A program made the position numbers and the translations under genes. DNA of 59,106 bases, taken from Alphaproteobacteria bacterium. GTDB lineage: Bacteria; Pseudomonadota; Alphaproteobacteria; RF32; CAG-239. The notes beneath the pieces are model-generated. The model was not told the origin of the DNA. It saw only the letters and a list, made by a program, of their open reading frames with translations, and did no database searches. Each line of letters opens with the position of its first letter. Within the stretch, counting starts at the first letter, position 1. Where the stretch lies: NCBI GenBank assembly GCA_045537965.1, contig JAZSQL010000034.1:1-59106 (forward strand). The letters run 5' to 3'. Shown piece after piece: positions 16,823-28,000 of the stretch.

Positions 16823-17141
16823 CCAATTACGGATTTTAATCGTTTTTAGATAAATAAAAATGAGTAGATTTTATTTTTGACATGGTCGCTCCATTTTTGA
16901 TATTATCTATTCATAGCCGACAGTTAGGAAGTAAGTCGGCACTTCCTAACACAATTTGAGAACAGTTTTTATTAGAAATCTTTATACTTGAAATCAAAAC
17001 CAGTAGAACACAACACTAATTGAAATCAATCTATATATAGAATTTATGGTGTTGGACTTCCACCCATATTTATTTTAGAGAAAACCACATCAAAAGTAGT
17101 TTCGTGGTTATAATAAATTATTATCAAAAGGATAAAACCAA

Positions 17142-17552
17142 ATGAATTATGAAATAACATTTCAACCAAACAAATACAATGCATCAGATAGAGAATTGAT
17201 ATTAAATTTCAAAAAAGCATTGATGAGATATTATAAAAAATTATTGAAAGCAAGATATAACAAACACAAAGATAGACAATATAAAATGGATATTGATATA
17301 TCACACGGAAATAGTGAATATTCATCTACACACCCACATTTACACATAAAAGCGGATATTCCGACAAATGAAATTCAGTTTTTTATGGACTTCATCAAAA
17401 GTTATCTAAAAACAAAATATCCTAAATTAACGGCTCATTGCGGTGGTTTAATTAGTGATTTAGATAATTTGAAAGCAGGACTTTATAACCTTAATCAATC
17501 TGTCAAATATTATAATGAACAAGATATACAAGACGGCAATTACATTGTTTAA
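17142..17552 (+). CDS. Small HUH-endonuclease/rolling-circle Rep-like protein
   Basis: N-terminal ITF (motif 1-like), HPHLHI (HUH), downstream Tyr (GLYNL); AAAGGA RBS. Confidence 0.55.
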   Translation: MNYEITFQPNKYNASDRELILNFKKALMRYYKKLLKARYNKHKDRQYKMDIDISHGNSEYSSTHPHLHIKADIPTNEIQFFMDFIKSYLKTKYPKLTAHCGGLISDLDNLKAGLYNLNQSVKYYNEQDIQDGNYIV

Positions 17553-17585
17553 TTGATAAATACCTATGAAACAAAAGGTGAAACA

Positions 17586-18071
17586 ATGAATATGATAATA
17601 AATGGATTTAAAGAGCGAATAAAGACATTAAGGGATAGAAACAAGCAAATAGACACAGAATTAGAAAAAGACTCCACAGAGTCAAAAAAAGCGGCTTTAA
17701 CAGATGAAAAAGAAGATAACCTTAATCAAATCAGAAAACAACGCACCGAAAAATACGAATATGAACAAATAAGTGAAAGCACAGAGTATATGAAGAAGTG
17801 CTATCTGTATCTTAAAAAATTAGGCATCATAAAATCACAACATCAATTTAGTCGTGAATTTTTGAATAAATCACAAGATTATATGTCTATGTTATTATGT
17901 GAATCACGAAAACCAGCAATCAATGCAATAAACAACCTATTACATAATCTAAATGAGTTATATTCACTTTATGAGGAATTTGACAACAAAGAAGCAATAA
18001 ATCGCAATCTTTATTATTTAATTGATAAAGGGCAACGCATTATTACCAAAAGAATATTGTCATATTTGTAA
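17586..18071 (+). CDS. Coiled coil + DUF6626-like protein
   Basis: CYLYLKKLGIIKSQHQFSREFLNKSQDY; paralog of 1605-1973. Confidence 0.65.
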   Translation: MNMIINGFKERIKTLRDRNKQIDTELEKDSTESKKAALTDEKEDNLNQIRKQRTEKYEYEQISESTEYMKKCYLYLKKLGIIKSQHQFSREFLNKSQDYMSMLLCESRKPAINAINNLLHNLNELYSLYEEFDNKEAINRNLYYLIDKGQRIITKRILSYL

Positions 18072-18081
18072 AGGTTAATAA

Positions 18082-18267
18082 ATGGAATTAACTATCGCAT
18101 ATCATAAATTGATGTCATTTAATAAGAAATATACCTACATAATGAAAGACGGACAAATTGTTTTCAATAATGGTTGGGCTTGGATTGTAGTATTCCAAGC
18201 CCTTAATAAAAGAAACTTCGCTATTGTAAAATATTTTAATGGTAATTATTCGGTGGTTGAGATGTAG
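18082..18267 (+). CDS. Small hypothetical protein
   Basis: 61-aa ORF, AAGGT RBS, operonic. Confidence 0.5.
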   Translation: MELTIAYHKLMSFNKKYTYIMKDGQIVFNNGWAWIVVFQALNKRNFAIVKYFNGNYSVVEM

Positions 18268-18387
18268 TCCATTATATTATTAAAACATTACATATTCATT
18301 AACCTATATCACCATAAGCAACCTATATTGGATATAGTGTATAAAACATAACATAGTACCATTGTTTTAATCTATATCTACATATCG

Positions 18388-18822
18388 TTAAAGATTTCTG
18401 TTATATTTTTTTTCTAATATCTTTTTATAAGCATCTGCTCTTTTTTGCTCTTTGCTTTTAGGTTGACATCCTTTGCGAGGTCTTACTCTTTCAGCTTGTC
18501 TTAATTCTCGTTCTTTTAATGCCAATTGGTCAACATCTTTATTTTTTTCATCTAATCGCATTCTACCTATTTTATTTCTTTTATATTCTGTTTGATACTG
18601 GGCTTCATTAAGTTCATAAACCTCCCATTCTCTATCCTTATCTCCTTTTACAAAGTTATCTAAATCTTCTGAAGATTTACCTTTAAGGATATCTTCATCA
18701 GGATGAATAGGTGTGGTAATATGAGATTCTGTAATGACATCATTGTTCATCTCTAATATAATTTCTCGTTCATAAATACCTTCATCTCCAACACGCTCCT
18801 CAAGCATAAAATATTTTTTCAT
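18388..18822 (-). CDS. Hypothetical protein
   Basis: AGGAG RBS before MKKYF. Confidence 0.65.
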   Translation of the reverse strand: MKKYFMLEERVGDEGIYEREIILEMNNDVITESHITTPIHPDEDILKGKSSEDLDNFVKGDKDREWEVYELNEAQYQTEYKRNKIGRMRLDEKNKDVDQLALKERELRQAERVRPRKGCQPKSKEQKRADAYKKILEKKYNRNL

Positions 18823-19001
18823 ATTACATCTCCTAAAATATTGCGTTAAACCGAACATTTAAATTCAATATCTATATTTGTCATATCATATTTTTGTATA
18901 ATATTCAATAACAAATAAAAACAAAGATTTCCTAATGTTTGGTTAGCATATCTCACAACTCCTTAAAATGTTGTGAAAATCTTTCCCTTTATTTTCAATC
19001 T

Positions 19002-19166
19002 GTTGGAAGACCAAAGGGTAGGAAAAATACAATTACAAAGCTAACGGGTAAAGAAGAGTTGATAGAAAATTTATTAGCACAGAATATCCAAAAAACAAAA
19101 ATAGCAGAAATGTTAAACGTTGATTATAAAACACTATATACATATCTAAAACAAAAGGCGGAATAA
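19002..19166 (+). pseudogene. C-terminal GRP/HTH remnant of serine resolvase/invertase
   Basis: VGRPKGRKN..KL...KTKIAEMLNVDYKTLYTYL; no catalytic domain. Confidence 0.75.
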
Positions 19167-19181
19167 ATCCGCCCTTTATAA

Positions 19182-19441
19182 TTACAATCCAAAATTCTCT
19201 TTATATCGGTAATAAGTTGGTTTAGTAATTCCATATTTTTTAAGAATTTCACATACTCGCACCTTATTTTTTATATCACTTTTCAATTCTTCTTGTTGTA
19301 AAATAGATATTTTTTTACATCTCTCTTTACTATAAACACCTTTCTGTTTAGCGATAGCAATACCCTCGGCTTGACGCATTTTAATCATATTTCTTTCAAA
19401 TTCAGCTATAGAACCAATGATTTGAAGTGTTAATTTATTAA
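19182..19441 (-). pseudogene. C-terminal remnant of a second serine resolvase
   Basis: NKLTLQIIGSIAEFERNMIKMRQAEGIAIAKQKGVY...GITKPTYYRY. Confidence 0.8.
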
Positions 19442-19633
19442 TGTATTAAATACACCAGAGATGTAGGGATTCTGGCTCTGAAATAATAGGTATGATTCCT
19501 GCGTATAAGTCGGTTATGCCCGTTCATAAAAAAATGCTCCTGTGATACACTCTTGTGATACACAACAAAAACTAGCATTTTTTATAAAACATCAAAAAAA
19601 TTGCCTAACTAAATCAATTAGTTAGGCAAAATA

Positions 19634-19709
19634 TGGCAGGGGCAGTAAGATTCGAACTCACGACACCCGGTTTTGGAGACCGGTGCTCTACCAACTGAGC
19701 TATACCCCT
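19634..19709 (-). tRNA. trnW: tRNA-Trp(CCA)
   Basis: AGGGGTATAGCTCAGTTGGTAGAGCACCGGTCTCCAAAACCGGGTGTCGTGAGTTCGAATCTTACTGCCCCTGCCA, 76 nt, encoded CCA end. Confidence 0.98.
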
Positions 19710-19773
19710 AGCTAATAAAGTGATTTCACTAATACATAACATTTGCCAATAAATCAAGCTTTTTTTTCATTTA

Positions 19774-20655
19774 TTAGTCAATTTGTTCTAATGTTGCACT
19801 TTCAGCATCTAATCTATATGAAACTCCGCATTTTAAAACAAATCTTTCCTTAAAATGCCCATAATTAAAATCTTTAATTATCGGAATATTAACCTGTTGT
19901 GCAAAATCATCTACTACACTTTCAACACTACCATGTGTTTCATGATTCTCACACTCACTAAACTTACCAAACACTATTCCTTTAACACCCTTAAATGTTG
20001 GATTATATTTTAGTTGGGTAAGCATTAGTTTCAACTTATAAGATTTTTCGCACTCATCTTCTAACAACAAAATTTTATTAGTCAAATCTGGATAATACGG
20101 TGTTCCTGACAAATCAGAAATTGCAGACATATTTCCACCAATTAAAATTCCTTCTACAACACCTTTATTTACACAACTTCCTGATTGTGCTACAAATTTA
20201 ACATTATTCAAAAAACTCCTAAAACCATCATCGACCAAACTATTTATTCTACCATCTCTAAAATCATATTCTGGAGTAAAACCAGTAAGATAAGGATTAC
20301 CAGTTTTAGCATATACCGCAAATTGCAACGAAGTCGTATCAGAAAAACCTATAATAGGTTTTTCATATTTTTTTACTATATCAAAATCTAAATACTCTAA
20401 AACCCTCAATGCTGATGCACCACCATGAACTGCAACTAAAGCATCTATAGCCTCATCCTTATAAGCTGCCATAATATCTTCAGCCTTCTCTCTAGCCTGA
20501 AATGTATCAAGCATTGTACCCTTTAATACCGTTGGCATCATTACAACTTCTAGACCTAGTGCTTTGAAATATTGCAACCATAAATCTTGGTTAAATGTCC
20601 TTTTTGATAGCATAACCGAAGGAGAAATAATCGCAATTTTTTTTATTTTCCTCAT
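19774..20655 (-). CDS. ldcA: LD-carboxypeptidase (S66 family)
   Basis: IISPS, HGG, GFSDTT, GGN, LLLED, YGH. Confidence 0.9.
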   Translation of the reverse strand: MRKIKKIAIISPSVMLSKRTFNQDLWLQYFKALGLEVVMMPTVLKGTMLDTFQAREKAEDIMAAYKDEAIDALVAVHGGASALRVLEYLDFDIVKKYEKPIIGFSDTTSLQFAVYAKTGNPYLTGFTPEYDFRDGRINSLVDDGFRSFLNNVKFVAQSGSCVNKGVVEGILIGGNMSAISDLSGTPYYPDLTNKILLLEDECEKSYKLKLMLTQLKYNPTFKGVKGIVFGKFSECENHETHGSVESVVDDFAQQVNIPIIKDFNYGHFKERFVLKCGVSYRLDAESATLEQID

Positions 20656-20664
20656 TTTATCTCC

Positions 20665-21609
20665 TTATCTAACCGACTGATCAATTGGATTAAATCTCAA
20701 ACGCAGGACACGCCACTCATCATATTTTTCAGCATATTTTTCAGACAATATTTTATATGGTGCACAAATATATACAGCTCTTTTAGCGCTATCTGCAACT
20801 GAACGAAAATGATTATCTGTATTATACCTTGTTGTATTTTGAACTTCTACCGAACGCACACTACCATCTTGATTAAGCTGTGCTTTAATTTCGATAATCA
20901 TATCTTCAATACCCATCGCACCAGGATCTAAATTCCAACAAGCTCTAAGTTGTCCAGCTAAAGCATCCATCTCCGAAATTGAAAGCTCGCTAAAATAAGA
21001 ACCTACTGTTCCTCCTTCAACTCCCATATTAGCAACATTTGTTCCTTCTTTAATTGTTGCCACAGAACTAACATTTGCTTCTTTTTCCAAAGCATCAACG
21101 CTAGCCAACAAACTCTTCAATGGATTTGCTAATTGCGGTTCTTCTTTTTTCTCTTGTTTTTTTACTTCTTTTTTAGGTTCTTGTTTTTTTATTTGCTCTT
21201 TTTTAGGCTGAGACTTCTTAGGCTGTGTTTTGAGCTTAGGCTTTTTAGGTTGCGGAGCAACTAAAAAATCTTTTTTAGCTTCTTCTGGTTTTGCTGCAGG
21301 CTTTTGTTCCTTTGGTTCTTCATTAATTTTTTCTTTTTTTACTTCTGGCTCAATTTTGGGTTTTGTTTCTTCTTTTGTATATTTATTTTCAATCTTACGT
21401 TTTACTTGACTAGCCTCTTTATCCTCATCACCAAATTTTGCTTTTGGTGGAAGATTTGTCATTTCAGATATTTTAACATCTTTCAAATCTACAATTATAG
21501 GAACTTGGCTTGGTTGGGAGCGATTCCACCAAAACATAGGCACCTCTATAATAAGTAGCAGAAAAACCGCTATGTGCAAAGCTATTGATTTTTTCAGTGC
21601 CGAATTCAT
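20665..21609 (-). CDS. tolA: TolA-like protein
   Basis: N-terminal TM with SIALH, K/P/E-rich linker, C-terminal ACWN..SAKRAV domain; follows tolQR. Confidence 0.85.
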   Translation of the reverse strand: MNSALKKSIALHIAVFLLLIIEVPMFWWNRSQPSQVPIIVDLKDVKISEMTNLPPKAKFGDEDKEASQVKRKIENKYTKEETKPKIEPEVKKEKINEEPKEQKPAAKPEEAKKDFLVAPQPKKPKLKTQPKKSQPKKEQIKKQEPKKEVKKQEKKEEPQLANPLKSLLASVDALEKEANVSSVATIKEGTNVANMGVEGGTVGSYFSELSISEMDALAGQLRACWNLDPGAMGIEDMIIEIKAQLNQDGSVRSVEVQNTTRYNTDNHFRSVADSAKRAVYICAPYKILSEKYAEKYDEWRVLRLRFNPIDQSVR

Positions 21610-21615
21610 TTTAAT

Positions 21616-22044
21616 TTACTTTTTCCTATTAAGCTTAGGTTCTGTCTTTAATCCAACCTTATCAAATCCTACTTCTTTCAAAATAGCCATCAAACCAATA
21701 ACTCGACCATATTCTGCTCCAGTATCACCAGAAATCGTAACTGTAACTTCATTGTTTTGTTTTTTGATAGCATTAAGCTTTCCTACAATTTTATCTGCTG
21801 AAACTTCCGTCTGTCCAATATAGTAATAACCATCTTTATCAACACTAATATTAATTGATGTATCTTCTCCCTCCAAAGCTTTTCCGCCAACTTTAGGCAA
21901 ATCAAGTGCAATACCTGATGTCATTAATGGTGCGGCCACCATAAATACCACCAACAAAACCATCATAATATCCATCAAATTGGTGATATTAATTTCTGAA
22001 TTAAGCTGATAACGGGTTGACCTGCGTCTAGTATTAATTTTCAT
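21616..22044 (-). CDS. tolR: TolR
   Basis: EINITNLMDIMMVLLVVFMVAAP, GD..AEYG. Confidence 0.92.
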   Translation of the reverse strand: MKINTRRRSTRYQLNSEINITNLMDIMMVLLVVFMVAAPLMTSGIALDLPKVGGKALEGEDTSINISVDKDGYYYIGQTEVSADKIVGKLNAIKKQNNEVTVTISGDTGAEYGRVIGLMAILKEVGFDKVGLKTEPKLNRKK

Positions 22045-22046
22045 TT

Positions 22047-22784
22047 TTACTCACCTGCCATTTCTGCCCTAATAGCTGTATCATCAATCTCACGTGATAA
22101 AATAGTTGAAAACTCCGACATAAATGCTTCTAACTTTTTAGCATATCTATCCAAATCAGACGAAATCTTATTATAAGCAACTACAGCAGGAATAGCCGCA
22201 ATCAAACCAAATGCCGTTGTAAACAAAGCCTCAGCAATACCAGGAGCCATTGCTGACAAAGAATTACTTTGCGTTAAAGCAATTGCGTTAAAACTATTAA
22301 TAATTCCCCAAACTGTACCAAACAAACCAACAAGTGGTGCAACTGACCCCGTAGATGCCAGAAAACCTAAACGAGTTTCCAAAGCATCTAGATCTTTATC
22401 CATAGTAACCACCATTGCTTTTTCTATACGTTGCTGTAACGAAACACCCCGCAAACCCCTATCAGTTTTCGATTTCAAAATGTTAGTACGCTTCCACTCT
22501 TTCATTGCTGCAACAAACATATCTGCCATAGGTTCATTAGGATGAGTTCCCAAGGCATCATACAGTCTATCTAACGAACCACCAGACCAAAATTTTTCCT
22601 CAAACTTAGCTGTGCGTTGTTTCAACTGGCGAAGCGTTCCTATTTTTTCAAAAATAATAGCCCATGACCAAACAGAAGCTAAAATCAAACCAATCAAAAC
22701 TGCCTTGGTAACCGTATCTGCCGACCACAACAAATCCCACATAGAAGAATTATTAGCAACTTCCTTTATTACTTCTGTTTCCAT
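22047..22784 (-). CDS. tolQ: TolQ
   Basis: FEEKFWSG, GLFGTVWGI, APGIAEAL..TAFGL..AIPA. Confidence 0.95.
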   Translation of the reverse strand: METEVIKEVANNSSMWDLLWSADTVTKAVLIGLILASVWSWAIIFEKIGTLRQLKQRTAKFEEKFWSGGSLDRLYDALGTHPNEPMADMFVAAMKEWKRTNILKSKTDRGLRGVSLQQRIEKAMVVTMDKDLDALETRLGFLASTGSVAPLVGLFGTVWGIINSFNAIALTQSNSLSAMAPGIAEALFTTAFGLIAAIPAVVAYNKISSDLDRYAKKLEAFMSEFSTILSREIDDTAIRAEMAGE

Positions 22785-22935
22785 TATATTTTCCCTAAAC
22801 AAAAAACAAACTTATCACAATTTTATTTACAACATAGCAAAAAACATTAAATTTTCAATTAATCAAATTAAGTTTTTAGCAAAAAAATAAAAACAACAAA
22901 ACAACTAAAAAATAGTTCAAGTAATTGAAAATTAT

Positions 22936-23376
22936 CTAAACTAGTTTTTCCATTAATAACCTTGGTATTCTCACAGGTTTTTTAGTTGCCAAGGATATGT
23001 GAGCAACTTTAATATTTATTGCCACCAAAACATCTTGCCCACGCCTTATTTCTTGATGCATTGTTGCTGTAACTCCTCCCAGATTAGTAACTCTACAACT
23101 AACAATCAATTCATCATCTAAAACAGCTGGAGCCATATAATCAGCCTCACAACGACGTACAACCCAAGCTGTCTTTTCAGGACTTTGCAAATCATCTTGT
23201 TGCTTTGCACCCAAAGAGCGAATAAATTCAGTACGACATCTCTCTGCAAAACGTAAATAATTTGCATAATAGACTATACCTCCAGCATCAGTATCTTCAT
23301 AATAAACTCTAACAGGAAACAAAAACTCTTTATCAACTAATTCACCTTTAGCTGGTGCAACAGACTTAACTATCAT
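22936..23376 (-). CDS. ybgC: Tol-pal associated acyl-CoA thioesterase
   Basis: RVYYEDTDAGGIVYYANYL. Confidence 0.93.
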   Translation of the reverse strand: MIVKSVAPAKGELVDKEFLFPVRVYYEDTDAGGIVYYANYLRFAERCRTEFIRSLGAKQQDDLQSPEKTAWVVRRCEADYMAPAVLDDELIVSCRVTNLGGVTATMHQEIRRGQDVLVAINIKVAHISLATKKPVRIPRLLMEKLV

Positions 23377-23379
23377 ATT

Positions 23380-24429
23380 CTATCCTTCCAATAAATCTAA
23401 TTGTGGATTATATTTTTCTTTTTTTAACTTAGGAACACCCAAATATTGACACCCCAAATCTGAAATAACACGTCCTCTAGGCGTTCTTTGTAAAAAACCC
23501 AATTTTAACAAAAATGGTTCAATAACTTCCTCTATAGTATCACGTTCTTCAGATAAAGCCGCTGCCAAAGTATCTGCTCCAACAGGACCTCCTCCATAAT
23601 TTTGTAAAATGCAATTTAAATAGCGTCTATCAAAAGCATCTAAACCAAAATCATCAACATCTAGTCTTTTTAATGCCCCATCAGCAATCTTATTATCTAT
23701 TTCAACAGCTCCGCAAACAGCACCAAAGTCTCTTACTCTACGTAACAAACGCCCTGCAACACGAGGAGTACCTCTAGAGCGTTTCGCTATTTCTAATGCA
23801 CCCACTTCAGACAACGGCATATCCAAAAGCCTTGCTCCTCGCAACACAATTTTTTGCAAATCTTCTGGTGAATAAAAATCAAGCCTTAAAGGAATACCAA
23901 ACCTTTCTCTTAACGGTGTTGAAAGCATACCTGAACGAGTTGTAGCTCCAACTAATGTGAAAGGTTGTAAATCAATTCTAACTGATCTTGCTGATGGTCC
24001 CTCGCCAATAATCAAGTCAAGCTGAAAGTCTTCCATTGCTGAGTAAAGCACTTCTTCAATTGCTGGATTTAAACGGTGAATTTCATCAATAAACAAAACA
24101 TCATTACGTTCAAGGTTTGTTAAAATCGCAGCTAAATCACCCGATTTTGAAATCATCGGAGCTGATGTAGCTCTAAAACCAACGCCTAATTCTTTCGCTA
24201 CAATTGAGGCTAAAGTTGTTTTACCAAGCCCTGGAGGACCAAATAATAATACATGGTCTAAAGCATCACCGCGTCCCCTCGCTGCATCAATAAAAACCTT
24301 CAAATTTTCACAAACAGATTTTTGCCCAACAAAATCAGCCAAACAATTTGGTCGCAAACTAACTGGCATAGCTGTATTATTTTCATCATCTGCCTGCTTT
24401 TGAGGACTAACAACTCTTTCATCAATCAT
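23380..24429 (-). CDS. ruvB: Holliday junction helicase RuvB
   Basis: [32 protein letters not shown]. Confidence 0.98.
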   Translation of the reverse strand: MIDERVVSPQKQADDENNTAMPVSLRPNCLADFVGQKSVCENLKVFIDAARGRGDALDHVLLFGPPGLGKTTLASIVAKELGVGFRATSAPMISKSGDLAAILTNLERNDVLFIDEIHRLNPAIEEVLYSAMEDFQLDLIIGEGPSARSVRIDLQPFTLVGATTRSGMLSTPLRERFGIPLRLDFYSPEDLQKIVLRGARLLDMPLSEVGALEIAKRSRGTPRVAGRLLRRVRDFGAVCGAVEIDNKIADGALKRLDVDDFGLDAFDRRYLNCILQNYGGGPVGADTLAAALSEERDTIEEVIEPFLLKLGFLQRTPRGRVISDLGCQYLGVPKLKKEKYNPQLDLLEG

Positions 24430-24572
24430 CTAATCTGCTCCTTAGTGAATTTTCTTAATTAGACTATACAATAAAGCATAAGCTTGCAAGTATCTTTTTT
24501 CATTTTTAGAACAAAAAAAGAACAGTTAGTAAATATTATTAATATTTTAAAGCTTTACATCAAGCCAAATAT

Positions 24573-25013
24573 ATGTTACAAGCAAAAGCGATAAAGTTTA
24601 TTATTAATTTAAATCCTATGAAAAAAGATCAATTATTTAGAGTATTTGACTTCATAATAACACCAAATAAAAGTGTTATTTACAATGAAGAAAGTCTTGT
24701 CGACGTCCAAAAAGAAATTATTCTTGGTGGCGAGGACTTTACTCTCCAACTACAAGAAGGAGAAAAAACAAAAGATATTGTTTCTTTAAAAGAAATAATG
24801 GCTATTGATGGACGATTCATCATAAGCACCAGAAGAAACAAAGTAAAAAAAATCTCAATCATCTTTGCTGACAGAACCGATATCCAAAAATGGATTGATT
24901 TAGTTCATGAGTTTTGTTGTTTTAAAACATTAGATGATCCCCAAATAAAGCTATTAAATATATGGGAAGCAAATATGGTTAAGTTGACTTACTACGTCAA
25001 CAAAACTAATTAA
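24573..25013 (+). CDS. Hypothetical protein
   Basis: 146-aa ORF (start may be MKKDQ) followed by terminator. Confidence 0.6.
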   Translation: MLQAKAIKFIINLNPMKKDQLFRVFDFIITPNKSVIYNEESLVDVQKEIILGGEDFTLQLQEGEKTKDIVSLKEIMAIDGRFIISTRRNKVKKISIIFADRTDIQKWIDLVHEFCCFKTLDDPQIKLLNIWEANMVKLTYYVNKTN

Positions 25014-25017
25014 TCTG

Positions 25018-25056
25018 AATCCCGAAAATTGATTCAACAATTTTCGGGATTTTTTT
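25018..25056 (+). terminator. Intrinsic terminator
   Basis: AATCCCGAAAATTG-attcaa-CAATTTTCGGGATT + T run. Confidence 0.85.
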
Positions 25057-25079
25057 GCATATCCAATTTAAAACTAAAA

Positions 25080-28000
25080 TTACGCCATACCTTTATAAGC
25101 TGTACCATGCGAATAACTTGTACGATTAGTACTTTGCGAAACATCTCTAGGACTAACTATATTATCAACCGTACTTTTAATTGAGCTACCCGGTTTGAAT
25201 GGTGTTTCGTTTGCATCATTACATAATGTATTAAGAGAATCTTGGTCAATATAATTCCTCATCGCACCAACATTACACAGATTAATACACTCTATCGCAC
25301 ATGGCTTACTTTCCCTACCATTTTTATCAAAATATTGACAAATTCCATTTGATCTCAAAATCATTTTTTCTCCACCTTCATTTTTTATTTCCACCTTATC
25401 AATATTACCTTTTCCATCAGCATAAGCTGTTGAATTTCCATATACAACTTGCTTAATATGACCATTTTCTTCAGTTACCTGCATATCATTATGATTATGA
25501 TATGTAGTAATTTCTTTAACGCCATCTTTTGTAATTGTAGAAACTAACTTATATTCTTCACCATTTTTTTCATAATTTAAGGTCTTATTTTCATTCAAAT
25601 ATGTTTCTGTTTTTGTATCACCTTTCGTCCCAATAATTACCCCCTTATTAGGATCATATTCTAATATTTCTCTAACTTCTCCTTCTTCATATATTTTAGT
25701 TATTTCAACACCTGTCTTCATATCTGTTTCAGTTTCTGATATAACATTACCATCTTCATAACGTTTATCTATACAAATATCTCCACGAATTATCTCTAAT
25801 GAAGTGATCTCTCCTGATTCATCAAATTTTTGATCTTGAATTTCTCCGCTAACTTTCGATTCTACATGCCGAGAAACAAGTTTACCTTCTTCATATTTAT
25901 CAACAGTTTTTCCTGTATTATCATCTTTTTCTACTGAAACAAGTTTATCTCCTTCATATTTAGAAGTTGTTGTTTGTTCAGAATTTTTTTCAATATATGA
26001 AGTCCTATGTCCTTCTCCATCATAACAAGTTGTTTTTGTTCCTTCTTTTGACAAAACTATTACTTCTTTTTCTCCAGTTTCAGCATTAGTATGAGTAATC
26101 GTAGCTTTTTGAAGATTACCACCGTCTTCATCATGTTCATACTCTATTTTTGTTGTACAACCATCCTTATCTTTAGGAATAAACGAATCTGCTTGTCCAT
26201 CTCCATCCCCATCAATACCTACAAAAACTTTGCCACTTTCAATCATCTCTATAAGGCCTGTATTCTCATTCAAATATGGCTTGCCGTTAACCACATTTTC
26301 ATAAGCTTCTTCCATAATATCTACTAAATAAGCTTTTTGCATTATAGCTCCCGCAATACCCATTTGTTCACCCGTCTCTTCACTTTTATCTTTTGCTACA
26401 TCTAATAATTCTTGCACTTCATTAGGAACTTCCGAAAAACCTTCTGACAATTTTGCATCTGGATTTTTGTTAAGATTTTTTGTCATATCATACCATTCAT
26501 TTCTTTGTTCAAATGTAGCACTATCATCCAGCTTATTTACATATATTTTCCCATCCCTAATAACTTTTATTTCATTCATATCATCATTTATTATAACTTT
26601 TGACGTTTCAGTCTCAAATGTTGCTGTATTATCAATTTTCGAATAGCTAGCTGTTACATCTGTTTTCCCATCACCATCATTATCCCTATAATTTATCTCT
26701 GCTGTGTCCGTATTCTCCTGCTTAACTATTCTAGTAACATTCTCACCTTCATAACTAGTACGTGTAACTGTGTTGTTTGAATCATCATATTCGGTTTTAT
26801 GTATCAACACTTCTTCACCACTTTTTATATCAAAACATTCCAATGCCCTACCTTGACTATCAAAAGTTTCTTTACTCATAGGTCCTTCAGGTCCCACATA
26901 CACAACCTCTTTCTCTCCTGTTGCATCATTCGTATATACAACTTTAACAACATCAAACTTGGAACCATTTGCCTCACTGTGATAACCTCTCTCAACCTGC
27001 GTATCAAAACCTTCTCTTCCAACAACTTCATACACACCTTTACCATCATTCCCAACATCTACCTGAATCGTTTTTCCAACCTCAACGCTCTCTGTTTGAA
27101 TCCCTGTATTGTTACCAGCATTGAGCTCTTCATAAGTTCCTTCCAACTTGTTATCTATAATATGCCCATTTTCATCAAAACCAGCTCTTGCAGCACCATG
27201 AATCGCCTCTAACTGTTCAGCACTAAATCCCCCATCTTCCATCATCTGCTTAAGTTCTGCGGAATTCTTCCATTCTCCACCCAAAATTTCATTCACAGCC
27301 TTAGGATTCGCATCAAAAAGCCTATCTAACTGTGTCTCATTAGCTTGCTCATATTGAGGCTCTGGTACAACTTCCGCTCTTTCCGGAGCAAATTCAGGAC
27401 CTTTATCATGCTCTATATGATCAGCTCTAGTCTGTAGAGATGTATTAACAACATTTTCATCTTTCGTTATCTGCTGATTTGTTTCCATTGTTGATACAGT
27501 ACTTGCTCCAGAACCATTATCAAGATTGCTTGCCTGATAATCATTAATAATTTCACCAGCATAATGCCCTGCCACACGACCAGTTACCATACCCACAACA
27601 AAACTAGCTCCAGCTACAGCTGCAGTCTTCCATTTTTTTCCTTCAGGTGCTTTACGATATGCATCAATTACATTACTTGCACCTAGAAGTAAACCAGATC
27701 CTCTTACTGCTGTTTGAGCAATAGATAATACCGCTGGATTTGCAAAAACTTGAGCAGCTCCCAAACCTCCTAAACAAGCTGTAGCTGCACTCAAACATGT
27801 ACTTGCAACACGTTTAGGATTTGCTTTCATATATTGCCAAAAACTAAGCTTTTGCCCTTTTACCTTAGCAGCTTCCCTTTCTGCTTTAAAACTAGCATAT
27901 AATCCATAAGCAGATTTAGCAAAAGATGCAGCACCAACCACAGCAATACCAGCTGGACCAAAACTAGCACCTATTCCATAAGCAATACCCCAACCTCCTG

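Larger units (their letters stand above)
1..19650. mobile_element. Composite genomic island integrated at tRNA-Trp 3' end (left end outside window)
   Basis: Multiple recombinases, TA genes and pseudogenes; ends at tRNA-Trp 3' end whose last 17 nt are duplicated at 16669-16685; core genes resume beyond the tRNA. Confidence 0.85.
16669..19650. mobile_element. ~3-kb integrated mini-element bounded by 17-bp direct repeats
   Basis: att repeats at both ends; HUH-like gene, DUF6626-like gene, resolvase remnants; no intact integrase. Confidence 0.8.

Noticed and set aside
18268-18387. Short repeats (TAAAACAT, AACCTATAT) as a res site
   Set aside because: Too short and AT-rich to distinguish from chance.
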